Positions 8,296-16,440 of a DNA stretch of 39,723 nt are shown in pieces. Within the stretch, counting starts at the first letter, position 1. The number at the start of each line of letters is the position of its first letter. The DNA lies in the IMG/VR virus record IMGVR_UViG_3300048577_000433, positions 1-39,723 of that record. One strand, given 5' to 3'. Both the position numbers and the translations under genes were made by a program. Under the pieces are notes generated by a model. That model saw only the letters and a program-made list of their open reading frames with translations, searched no databases and was not told the DNA's origin. Source of the stretch: a virus. Its lineage: Duplodnaviria > Caudoviricetes.

Positions 8296-9567
8296 TTATT
8301 CATTCGGCTGGCCGTCCGTCGCCGGGCACAGGCCCTTCTGGTTGCAGGCGGCGCAGTCCGTGGACAGGCGCACCATGGCTCCGTTGTCCGGGCACTCGAA
8401 GGCCTCTTCTTGGGCCTGGCCCATGGGCTGGGTGTCTTCGAGGGGAGCGGTTTCAGTCGGCTGGCCCTGGGCGGGCGGGGCTTGCTCGGGGTCGGGGACA
8501 ACGCCGGCAGCGGCCAGGGCGTCGGCCGCCATCTGCTTGACCTGTTCGCACTGGACGTAGCTCCAGTCCTTCGAATAGACGCCAAAGTCTTTCTCAATAC
8601 CGGCAACATCGAGTCCGGCTTCTTGAGCCGCCCTTACGGCTGCTTCACGCGACGCTGTTGTGGCCCTGGGCTTCTTGCTTTGTTCGCCTCCCAAGGGCGC
8701 GCCCTTATCAGCCGGAACGTTGGTCAGAGGGGGGAAGACCTCATCGGGATCAGCCAAGCCGTCTTTGATCTCCGTGGCCAAGGAGCGGACGTTCATGTAT
8801 TCGTCCCTGGTCCACTCGCTGGCGGGCTTACCGATCTTGGCGAATACCCGTTCTTCCGTGACGCCATACTTGGCGAGAAAGGACAGCACTTTGCCCTTCG
8901 CGTAGACGAACCGGGTCGGGTCCTCGAGGCCTTTCGCTTCGGAAGCCTTGGCGACCTCAATGGCTTTTGTTTCAAGCCACTTCGGGACGCCGGCGAAGAT
9001 GACGTTCCGCAGGGCCTTGGACTGGCCGACCTGAAAGCCCATGTCGTCTGCACGCTCCGCGTCGTAGTTTCCACCGACGGGATTGTGCTTCTTTCTGAAG
9101 AGACGAGACGTGGTGAAGCCGGTTTCCAGATCGATCCATGATGCGGTGAAGACGTCGATACCGTCCCTGGTTTCCAATTCGACATCGACCACGCAGTTGC
9201 CCCAGTTCCTGGCGATGCAGTAGGCCAAACCGATGGAACCGCCTTCGACGACAGAATTGCGGTTTGTCTTTCTGTTTTTGACCTCCCACCGGTAATAGAA
9301 GTCCTCGCCGGCGCAGGCGGCTTCCTCCAAGACCTTTTCGACAATCGCGGCAAGGTTCCTGGGCTTCTGAACCTTGATTGCGGTTGCATACTTGGTCTGC
9401 ATTCGCTGCATGGGTTCTGTGGCGGAGAGGTGGATGGACTGTGGCGATTGCTCCTGGCCGAATTTGGCCGCCGGAGAATCGTTTCCTTTCACAGCGGGCA
9501 GATATTCGGGAGGAAGCCCGGTTATGACCCGCATATCCTCCGGCGTCATGTACTGGCCATTGTTCAT
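8296..9567 (-). CDS. Putative single-strand annealing/recombination protein
   Basis: Directly downstream of a PD-(D/E)XK exonuclease; GGSIGLAYCIARNWGN...WIDLETG...GQSKALRNVIF core; flexible C-terminus ending in a Cys cluster. Family is inferred from context. Confidence 0.55.
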   Translation of the reverse strand: MNNGQYMTPEDMRVITGLPPEYLPAVKGNDSPAAKFGQEQSPQSIHLSATEPMQRMQTKYATAIKVQKPRNLAAIVEKVLEEAACAGEDFYYRWEVKNRKTNRNSVVEGGSIGLAYCIARNWGNCVVDVELETRDGIDVFTASWIDLETGFTTSRLFRKKHNPVGGNYDAERADDMGFQVGQSKALRNVIFAGVPKWLETKAIEVAKASEAKGLEDPTRFVYAKGKVLSFLAKYGVTEERVFAKIGKPASEWTRDEYMNVRSLATEIKDGLADPDEVFPPLTNVPADKGAPLGGEQSKKPRATTASREAAVRAAQEAGLDVAGIEKDFGVYSKDWSYVQCEQVKQMAADALAAAGVVPDPEQAPPAQGQPTETAPLEDTQPMGQAQEEAFECPDNGAMVRLSTDCAACNQKGLCPATDGQPNE

Positions 9568-9569
9568 GG

Positions 9570-10391
9570 CTATTCGCTCCTTTTGGGGGGATTCTTGCGA
9601 TGTGCGGGGATATGGGGACACGTCCACCAGTATCCGCAGTATTTCGGGGAACACTTCCAATGACCCGGCTCGGCAGGTGGAAAGATTCCAGCCTCTATCT
9701 GGCGCAGCATGATTTTCACTCTGGACACAAGAGCCTGGAAGTCAGCCGGTTCACGTGACGTTTCGAGGCGATGATGGGCCGGTTCCTTGGTCCGGGTGAA
9801 AATCTCGAAGGAGAGTTTTGACGGGTAACGGCCTCTGTTGTGGGCAATCACTTCGTTGTACAGGGTGGCCTGAACATCCGTATCGGCTTGGCCTTGCGGC
9901 CATTTGCGCGCTGAGTTTTTGAGGTCCAGCCACCATTCGCCCTGGCCGTTCCTGGACAAGACATCCAGCGTGATACGAAAAGGCACCGGTAATTCGGGGT
10001 GATCCATGAAAAGCGTGGTTTCTACGAGAATGGGCCGGACCTGGGGAGCAAGGTCGCTTCGATACAAGCCGGCCAGTGCAATCGTGGTGTCCAGCCCTTC
10101 GCTGATCTGCTTCCGGGCACTCGGAGCTTCATCCAGGGGGATAAAAACCCCTTCGTCACGGACGGCTCGGACATAAGCGTCTCTTGCGGCATCCTGAATG
10201 GTGTCCATGGGTACGTCCTGACCGGAGAGGAGTTTGGCTTTGTGATTGACCTCGGCTCCACGATGGAGTCCCGTGCCAACTCTCCCAGCTATCCCCGCAG
10301 GAATAACCTCCCCTTCGATCCATCTTCGGCGCACCGTTTCCCCACACATGGCCCAGGATTTGATGAGGGTTTGATTGATGTAGTTGATCAA
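9570..10391 (-). CDS. PD-(D/E)XK RecB-family exonuclease
   Basis: VGTGLH, LVE, ITLDVL, WLDLKN, QATLY and terminal WKCSPKYCGYWWTCP. Confidence 0.88.
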   Translation of the reverse strand: MINYINQTLIKSWAMCGETVRRRWIEGEVIPAGIAGRVGTGLHRGAEVNHKAKLLSGQDVPMDTIQDAARDAYVRAVRDEGVFIPLDEAPSARKQISEGLDTTIALAGLYRSDLAPQVRPILVETTLFMDHPELPVPFRITLDVLSRNGQGEWWLDLKNSARKWPQGQADTDVQATLYNEVIAHNRGRYPSKLSFEIFTRTKEPAHHRLETSREPADFQALVSRVKIMLRQIEAGIFPPAEPGHWKCSPKYCGYWWTCPHIPAHRKNPPKRSE

Positions 10392-10864
10392 GTCCCGCCC
10401 CTCCTCTCCCCCTGGCTGGCCTTCTTAAGCGCCAGCTCGGAGATGCCCGCGATCTCGTGGGCCAGGGTCCGGCCGCCGGGCAAGCGCGCCCCCTCTGTGA
10501 TGGCGGCGCAGATGGCGTGGATGCGGCCCATGGCCTCGTGGAGATAGTGGACGCGCCGCGGCAGTTCCCGGTCCTCGGTGGAGGCGTCCGCTTCGAGGGT
10601 CTGCCGGATGTCGGCCAGGATGCGAGAGGCGTCCTCGCCCTGGGCAGTGGCCACTTCCATCCCGAGCGGTCGCCACTCCATCCGGTAATCCACGTTCTGG
10701 GCGGGCAGCATGCCGTGATCCCGCTGAAAGTCGTCGCGGAAGGCCCGAAGGAACTTTTCGGCATCGGACTCATCGGGAAACGTCGCCACTTGCTGAAAAA
10801 CGCCGCAAGCGATGTGCTCGGAGAACACCAACGCCTGATCCGGGGTGATTTGCGACGGTTCCAT
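10388..10864 (-). CDS. Hypothetical protein
   Basis: GGAGG RBS; stop overlaps the next start. Confidence 0.6.
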   Translation of the reverse strand: MEPSQITPDQALVFSEHIACGVFQQVATFPDESDAEKFLRAFRDDFQRDHGMLPAQNVDYRMEWRPLGMEVATAQGEDASRILADIRQTLEADASTEDRELPRRVHYLHEAMGRIHAICAAITEGARLPGGRTLAHEIAGISELALKKASQGERRGGT

Positions 10865-10866
10865 GG

Positions 10867-11037
10867 CTACCTCCCCATCTGCCAGACCAGCAGCCGGCCG
10901 GAGTTGATGATTTGTTGGCCCTCGATTGAGGGGTTGCAGGGCATCGCCAGAGCGATCAACGTTGCGATGATGCAAGCCACGCAGACGATGCCGCCAATGA
11001 CATTCAGCACGTGATACCGGTCGCCCTGGCTGCGCAT
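10867..11037 (-). CDS. Small single-TM protein (56 aa, below the ORF-track cutoff)
   Basis: Hand translation MRSQGDRYHVLNVIGGIVCVACIIATLIALAMPCNPSIEGQQIINSGRLLVWQMGR; GGGAGG RBS; fills the gap exactly. Confidence 0.6.
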   Translation of the reverse strand: MRSQGDRYHVLNVIGGIVCVACIIATLIALAMPCNPSIEGQQIINSGRLLVWQMGR

Positions 11038-11053
11038 GACGCCTCCCTGCCGG

Positions 11054-11515
11054 TTACGCCGCCCGCCCGGAGAGGGTCGGAAGCGGCGGCTTCTCGGCGA
11101 ACTCGAGGTCGTCCATCGTGTAGACGGGCCTGGACGAATCCACCGTCACGCGCGCGCCGGCCGGCACAACCCAGAGGTCGCGGCCGGGACCAAGCATGGC
11201 CCGGGCCGGGGCCAAGAGTTCGTCGAGCGTCGCGGGAGGGGCCGGGGGCAGCAAGGCAAGGGTAACGGGCGCGTTGGCCAGCTCCCTGGTGGCGTCCTCA
11301 ATGAGGTACGGCAGGCCCTCGCCGCTGGTGATCCACGTGGGGTTGGCCCCGCGCTGCTGGTAAAGCGCGACCAGCCAGCTATCCGGGATGGAGCCGCGCC
11401 GCTTGGCGTCGGAAATGCTCGACTGTCGGATGTTCAGGAGGTTCGCCAGCTCGACCTGTGTCCGGGTCCCGGCGATGGCGTGTATGCGGGCCATGGCGGC
11501 CTCGAAGTCGTTCAT
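11054..11515 (-). CDS. Phage CI-type HTH regulator (no peptidase domain)
   Basis: TQVELANLLNIRQSSISDAKRRGSIPDSWL...NPTWITSGEG matches the Phage_CI_repr HTH pattern; alternative start at 11608. Confidence 0.85.
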   Translation of the reverse strand: MNDFEAAMARIHAIAGTRTQVELANLLNIRQSSISDAKRRGSIPDSWLVALYQQRGANPTWITSGEGLPYLIEDATRELANAPVTLALLPPAPPATLDELLAPARAMLGPGRDLWVVPAGARVTVDSSRPVYTMDDLEFAEKPPLPTLSGRAA

Positions 11516-11822
11516 GGGGACTCCTTGGCCGCCCTGCCCTCCTACGTGTGTCTCCCTGGCGGGTACCAAGGGCTTCGGAGGGACAGGGCGGCGGCTTGGG
11601 GTGTTCATCCCTGGCAGCGTTCGCCGGCCTTTTCGGCGGGCCGCCAGCAGCGCCACGGTGGGGCGCCGGGCCTCTGTTGCGACAAGATCAGGATGAGCAA
11701 CGCGCTCCTCCTTGGATCGGGCCGGTTGATCCGGTCCGGAGATGGCAAATGGGCCGCCCCGCGTTCGTGGGGGAGGTCGGAGCGGCCCGGGCTAGGGGTT
11801 GGGAGGGTCGCATGGGGCGATT

Positions 11823-11898
11823 TGGTGGAGATGGCCGGGATCGAACCGGCGGCCTCCTGCGTGCAAGGCAGGCGCTCTCCCAGCTGAGCTACACCCCC
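11823..11898 (-). tRNA. tRNA-Ala(UGC)
   Basis: 76-nt cloverleaf GGGGGTGTAGCTCAGCTGGGAGAGCGCCTGCCTTGCACGCAGGAGGCCGCCGGTTCGATCCCGGCCATCTCCACCA; TGC anticodon, G3:U70, encoded CCA. Confidence 0.97.
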
Positions 11899-11910
11899 GA
11901 AAGATGATGG

Positions 11911-12108
11911 CTACGCCGCGCTGCCGCCGCCGCCCTGGGGCGAGAGGCCGAAGTAGGCCGGGCCGTAACCGGCCAGCCCGCCATTACCGAAACACTCGAT
12001 CATTTCGTCATCGCCGCCGTGGTCGTGGAATTCGGCAAGGGCTGCCTCCTTCGCGGCGGATAGCGTCAGGCTGTCCCGCAACGTCGGTGACGCATTGTTG
12101 CTCTCCAT
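11911..12108 (-). CDS. Hypothetical protein, first well-supported ORF of the leftward operon
   Basis: 65 aa with strong AAGGAGGAGG RBS. Confidence 0.6.
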   Translation of the reverse strand: MESNNASPTLRDSLTLSAAKEAALAEFHDHGGDDEMIECFGNGGLAGYGPAYFGLSPQGGGGSAA

Positions 12109-12136
12109 GGCCTCCTCCTTGTGTTGTTCGGGGGTG

Positions 12137-12275
12137 TGGCGGACGGCTGGCCGGGCTTGATGCCGGCTCCTGGCGCACTACCAGCCCTCTACCGGGCGTC
12201 TCGGTCATGGCGTTTCCGCAGCATCGGCCAGGGCTACTCCGTCCCGCGTGTCCATCCACGCCGCAGCCGCCCGCC
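12137..12275 (-). ncRNA. Putative tRNA-like structured RNA
   Basis: Terminal stem GGCGGGCGGCTG/CAGCCGTCCGCC, D-like arm GCGTG-GATGGA-CACGC, T-like arm GCCGG-CATCAAGC-CCGGC, 3' GCCA, long central insert. Confidence 0.5.
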
Positions 12276-12634
12276 TCACCCCCGATCCCTGGTCAGCCGT
12301 CGCGAGTCTCACGCCGGCAATTCCAAGGGCGTCTTTCAACGCGGGGTTTCGGTTTATTGCCAGCCCGCACGGATGTTTCACCGCCGTCGCTCTGGCCGCC
12401 CGCTCTGCCCGGGCATGTGGTTGGTGTTCGTTGCTCCTGCCGCTTTCCCCTTCCCCTTGCCTGCCGCGTCTGCCTGCGCCGTCTGGAGCGTCCTGCCGGG
12501 CTCTTGTCCTGGCTGGCCCTGCATCCTGGTCGAGGCTTTCGCTTTCAGCTCGGTTCCGGCCGCCTCCCGGTCGCCTACCGGCCCCGGCCAGCTTGGCGCG
12601 GGGCTTTGGGCTCGTGAGTGGCGTCGTTGAGGAG

Positions 12635-12676
12635 AAAATAGAACCTTAGGTTCAGCACGTCAAGAACCATTTGTTC
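12635..12676 (-). promoter_or_regulatory. Leftward early promoter PL with two operators
   Basis: TTGACG (12663-12658), 17 bp, TATTTT (12640-12635); GAAC-N5-GTTC at 12641-12653 and 12664-12676. Confidence 0.8.
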
Positions 12677-12687
12677 TAATTCTGGTC

Positions 12688-12714
12688 AAAAAAATAGCCC
12701 CGCCGAAGCGGGGC
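12688..12714 (-). terminator. Intrinsic terminator insulating PL from the cargo genes
   Basis: GCCCCGC-TTCG-GCGGGGC followed by TATTTTTTT. Confidence 0.9.
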
Positions 12715-12738
12715 CAGGGCATTTGCTTGTGAAGCTGG

Positions 12739-14136
12739 TTATTTCCAGTTCTGTTTGGCGTAGTCCGCCAGGATGTATTCCAGGATTGTGAGATTTGAAC
12801 TGAGGCTCATGGCCCCCGGAGAAGCTAGCGCCCCAATGATGGTAAAATACTGGCTTATGGACAAATTTTGTCCGGCGTAGAGGGTGCCGAGCCAGGTCCC
12901 GTACTGGCTCCACTGCATAGATGTTTCGGCTCCCATGTAGATGAGTTTGGCGGCGGAGCGGACCTTGGCCTTGGTGGCAGCGGGCAGGGCCTCGATCTGC
13001 TCCATGGTGAGGTAGCTGCCGCCGGTGTCGGCGGTCTTGATGTGGACGTAGGTGTATTGGCCGGTGGTGATGGACCCGGCGGACAGGATGGTCAGCGGCT
13101 GCCCAGAGGACACATCGAGATAGAGATCCATGTATTGCGAATACTGGATGCTCGTAAACACGTAGGTGCCGCTGGCCAGATAAGCGGTCCCGTGCTGGTT
13201 GGTTGTCCAGGCCTTGTAGGCCGTGCCGGCCGGGATTGGCTTGGCAGCGTTGGAGTTGGGCACGTTGTCCGTGGCGCCGCTGGTGATGGTCGGGGCGACT
13301 GGCGCGGTCGTGGCCGGACAGGTGACGGTGGGCATGGTGTAGGGCAGAGGCGTGCCGATGGAATCGTATTGCGCCCGGTTGATGGCCCCGCCGGCCTGGC
13401 CGGTTTTGGCTATGGACGCGTATTGGTTCATGGTGATCGAGCCGGTGGCGTAAGCGTTCGACTTGGCCTTGGCGTACTGGCCCACGGTGATGTTGCCGTT
13501 GGCCGACACGTCGCCCGCCACCTCGGCGTACTGGTTGAGCATGACGTTGCCTGAGGCGGCGCAGACATAGCCGCCGACCGTGGCGTATTGGCCGAGGTCG
13601 GCCGAGGTGTCGGATATCACGTTGCCGCTTACGGCGGCGTACTGGTTGAGCAGCAGGTTTTTGCCGGCCACCGAGCCGTTGACCACGGCATTTTGGGGCA
13701 GGGCCAGGTTGCCATCGGTGTTGATGACGTAGTCGCCGCCGGACCATTCAGACGACTTTGGCGTGATCGAGGCTGCGGCCAGGCTGTTGGCCTCCAGCCC
13801 TGTGCCATCGTTGACGGTACCGACGGATCGCACGGGGTAGACTCCACCGCTGGGAGCCTGGGCCGTAAGCGTGAATTTGGCTCCCCCGGGCATGGTGTAG
13901 GTCGCGCCCGCGCCGGCCCGGATCGTTTCCAGGGCTGCGCTGTCCAGGGTCTTGGCGTACTGGATGCCGGACCAAGCGGCGTAGTATGCGGCGTGGCTCT
14001 GGCCGGCGGTGACGACGCCAAGCCCGGCAGTAGAGGAAAGGCGGCTTATGCCGGCGGCGAGGGCGCTGACGACGATGATGGCAATGACAACGACAAGCAG
14101 GGTTCCGCCGTGGGCGGGCGAGCGGGATGACGACAT
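12739..14136 (-). CDS. PilX-like minor pilin/adhesin with beta-helix repeats
   Basis: Class III-like signal HGG|TLLVVVIAIIVVSALAAG lacking Glu5; VRSVGTV strand; ~17-19-aa repeats with a recurring QY motif; AAGGAGG RBS. Confidence 0.7.
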   Translation of the reverse strand: MSSSRSPAHGGTLLVVVIAIIVVSALAAGISRLSSTAGLGVVTAGQSHAAYYAAWSGIQYAKTLDSAALETIRAGAGATYTMPGGAKFTLTAQAPSGGVYPVRSVGTVNDGTGLEANSLAAASITPKSSEWSGGDYVINTDGNLALPQNAVVNGSVAGKNLLLNQYAAVSGNVISDTSADLGQYATVGGYVCAASGNVMLNQYAEVAGDVSANGNITVGQYAKAKSNAYATGSITMNQYASIAKTGQAGGAINRAQYDSIGTPLPYTMPTVTCPATTAPVAPTITSGATDNVPNSNAAKPIPAGTAYKAWTTNQHGTAYLASGTYVFTSIQYSQYMDLYLDVSSGQPLTILSAGSITTGQYTYVHIKTADTGGSYLTMEQIEALPAATKAKVRSAAKLIYMGAETSMQWSQYGTWLGTLYAGQNLSISQYFTIIGALASPGAMSLSSNLTILEYILADYAKQNWK

Positions 14137-14156
14137 AGGCCCTCCTTATATGGAGG

Positions 14157-14187
14157 ACCATAGATATTTATATATCTATTTTGTCAA
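14157..14187 (-). promoter_or_regulatory. Putative promoter/operator of the PilX-like gene
   Basis: TTGACA (14187-14182), 19 bp, TATGGT (14162-14157); palindrome ATAGATAT-N4-ATATCTAT at 14160-14179. Confidence 0.45.
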
Positions 14188-14222
14188 TAAGAATATGCAT
14201 CAAAATAAAGCACTCCTTAATT

Positions 14223-14924
14223 TCACTCACCCCTTACGACGCAAGATCGCGCACGAGAGTAAATCACGCAACAAAAAGTGTAAAACGAAGGATTGTTGAG
14301 CTTCCTCTCAGAATATATATCTTCAATTTTATCATAACATGCCCGTCGTGCAGCATTCAGCATGTCTCGATGCTTTTGCTTGGCCAGCTTCAATTCATCA
14401 TCGTCGAAGAAAAGACACCCATCTTTATCAATACGGTCACAAATCTTTGTTGCAAATGAACGATAAGCCAATATATCACTATATTCTGAAGAAAGCCAAC
14501 CATACTTCCTGCTGCCAATTTCTAAAACAGTTTCTATAGAATCACAGTCGTGATACACATGAGAAATAGCAGTTTTTAATGCTCCAAAATCTTCATCTGT
14601 CTGATGCAAAAGATCGTTGATTGACACACCAACCGAGTCTACTTTTGACAATGTCACATCAAAAAATTTATTAAGTCTTAAACATAGGTTTCGGCGGTCT
14701 TCTATTTCGTTCTTGTTGTGGTAGTAATAAACGCCGAATAAAATACCAATAACAGAAATAAAAAAAGCTACAACAGGAGCAACTGTAGAATAGTAGTCTT
14801 TAAGGTAGGTCATCTGGCAACTATTCGCAATATCGACAAAGGAAATAGCCGGAAGAAAAGGTATTGCTATTAAATACAAACAGAATGAAAAAGCCAAAAC
14901 TCCCAAAAGAACAAAGCTCTTCAT
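14223..14924 (-). CDS. AT-rich membrane protein (2 N-terminal TM helices + helical domain)
   Basis: Hydrophobic segments at about residues 3-26 and 47-67; 6 nt from the upstream gene. Confidence 0.75.
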   Translation of the reverse strand: MKSFVLLGVLAFSFCLYLIAIPFLPAISFVDIANSCQMTYLKDYYSTVAPVVAFFISVIGILFGVYYYHNKNEIEDRRNLCLRLNKFFDVTLSKVDSVGVSINDLLHQTDEDFGALKTAISHVYHDCDSIETVLEIGSRKYGWLSSEYSDILAYRSFATKICDRIDKDGCLFFDDDELKLAKQKHRDMLNAARRACYDKIEDIYSERKLNNPSFYTFCCVIYSRARSCVVRGE

Positions 14925-14930
14925 AAAGCT

Positions 14931-15266
14931 CTATTTTTTCCAATACCCATCGCGCAATTCTATAAAGATAGTTTCAAGCTTTACTGGACTTATATTAACC
15001 ATCCTGATCTTTTTAAGAATCTTTTCCGGCGTCGAAAATTTTGCAAAGAATGCAAAAGCTTCATTTGCGAAAGAAGGTCCCAGCTTTTCTATGCCAGAAA
15101 AATCGAGTTCAATCTCTGGGTCGTCATTCTTCCATTTATCTTCATTTTCCAATTCACTAAGATACAACGACCGAAACTCAAGCGCATTAAACTTACCATC
15201 CCCTTGGTGCTCGTCACGATTGACAAGCCGGTTTGAGAATTGTGTCGCGATATTTATAGTTTTCAT
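14931..15266 (-). CDS. STAS-like (DUF4325-type) protein
   Basis: IELDFSGIEKLGPSFANEAF motif; 111 aa. Confidence 0.85.
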   Translation of the reverse strand: MKTINIATQFSNRLVNRDEHQGDGKFNALEFRSLYLSELENEDKWKNDDPEIELDFSGIEKLGPSFANEAFAFFAKFSTPEKILKKIRMVNISPVKLETIFIELRDGYWKK

Positions 15267-16440
15267 CTTGGCTACGCCTTGTTTTTATCGTGAGATGATA
15301 CATTGTACCGGCAAAGACTTTGCCACCATTACTTCCAAACGCCTCTTCTTTCCCATGCTCATCCAGTATATAATAGCCCTTACACGACAAAATCGCAAGC
15401 CGTATACCTAGTGCTCTGCAGTTTTCTTTTATTCTTTGTAGGCCTTTTCCTCGACGCTGCCCTTGTTCATAATATTCTACAATCCCGAACCATTCCTTTT
15501 TCTTCTCTGGAGCAGTAATCGCACCACTAATATTTCTTTCCATTGCCTTCTTAATAAACATCCCATCATGGTCAGGCGAAGAAGCTAGCTCTTTTAGTAT
15601 CATATTCCTTTGAGGACCGGTCACCAGACTATTTCTAATACCAATTCCATTGTCTGCAATGCATACAGAAATAATTTCGTGGGTTTCATGAAATTGTGCA
15701 AGCATCCACCATCCAGAATCTCGTCTGTAAATGCCATGCTCTGTTACGTTGTTAAATATTTCTGTAGAGATTCTATCGTAAAATACTTCAATTTCATCTG
15801 GGCTCAAATCAGAATACCTGACCAGCAGAGCCTTTAATTCATCTTCACGTGCGGATGTTCCAAATCCGTCATGTTCTCGTTTTATTTTAACAATTTCACT
15901 TGGTGAATAGTGATAGAGATCGTCTACCTCTTTTATTTTCACATAATCATAGAAACCACAGTGATACAAATAAGAATTGACAGCGCCGCTTTCAGAAGGG
16001 AATTGTGCAATCTGCTGTGGTTGTCCTCTGTGTCCGCTAAGCTCTGTCCATTGCTTCAAAGCACACAGCAGTGTTACTGCAGAAGGCCAAACACGAGTGC
16101 ATAGCCCAAAATCAATTGTCATCATACGCGCTCTTGAGTTAAGCAGCTCCATCGCGTAGACAAGAAAATTTTGAACTAATTGTGGTTCTTCAATCCCGAA
16201 TTCGCCGTCTATCTTTATTACTTCTGATTTCTTTTTATAGTTTGTCGGTCTGTAATATTCGGAGACAAAATGAGATCGATACTTTTGCTGCTCTGAAAAT
16301 ATAGATAACGGGATGGTCTTTTTGTATTTCTTTTTCCTTTTGCTGTTTCTATCTTGACCTGAATCGCGCTCAAACCTTTTTCTATTTAAAACAAACTCTC
16401 TTTTCTTGGACTCAGAAATAACGCTATGTTTCTTTTTCAT
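15214..16440 (-). CDS. GHKL/HATPase_c ATP-binding protein with N-terminal STAS-like region
   Basis: N box STEIFNNVTEHG, G1 ISVCIADNGIGI, G2 RRGKGL, terminal FAGTMY; N-terminal IDFGLCTRVWPSAVTLL...YLYHCGFY. Confidence 0.82.
   Translation of the reverse strand: MKKKHSVISESKKREFVLNRKRFERDSGQDRNSKRKKKYKKTIPLSIFSEQQKYRSHFVSEYYRPTNYKKKSEVIKIDGEFGIEEPQLVQNFLVYAMELLNSRARMMTIDFGLCTRVWPSAVTLLCALKQWTELSGHRGQPQQIAQFPSESGAVNSYLYHCGFYDYVKIKEVDDLYHYSPSEIVKIKREHDGFGTSAREDELKALLVRYSDLSPDEIEVFYDRISTEIFNNVTEHGIYRRDSGWWMLAQFHETHEIISVCIADNGIGIRNSLVTGPQRNMILKELASSPDHDGMFIKKAMERNISGAITAPEKKKEWFGIVEYYEQGQRRGKGLQRIKENCRALGIRLAILSCKGYYILDEHGKEEAFGSNGGKVFAGTMYHLTIKTRRSQDENYKYRDTILKPACQS

Noticed and set aside
7140-8609. 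489-aa ORF as listed in the track
   Set aside because: The first ~100 aa overlap the recombination gene in another frame and look non-coding; credible starts are 8078 (RBS, aligns with the late capsid) or 8303.
11823-11898. tRNA-Ala as the prophage attachment site
   Set aside because: It lies ~10 kb inside the element between co-oriented phage genes, and no partial duplicate was seen in the window.
12137-12275. tmRNA or tRNA-Sec
   Set aside because: Too short for tmRNA with no tag ORF; no UCA anticodon arm or canonical TTC T-loop.
12641-12676. GAAC...GTTC sites as host LexA (Cheo) boxes
   Set aside because: The spacer is 5 nt rather than the 4 nt of the Gram-positive LexA box, and the sites sit at both early promoters as expected for phage repressor operators.
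13370-13710. Periodic TACTGG/TATTGG nucleotide repeats as a CRISPR-like array
   Set aside because: They are codon-level echoes of the QY beta-helix protein repeats; no constant repeat/unique spacer structure and no cas genes.
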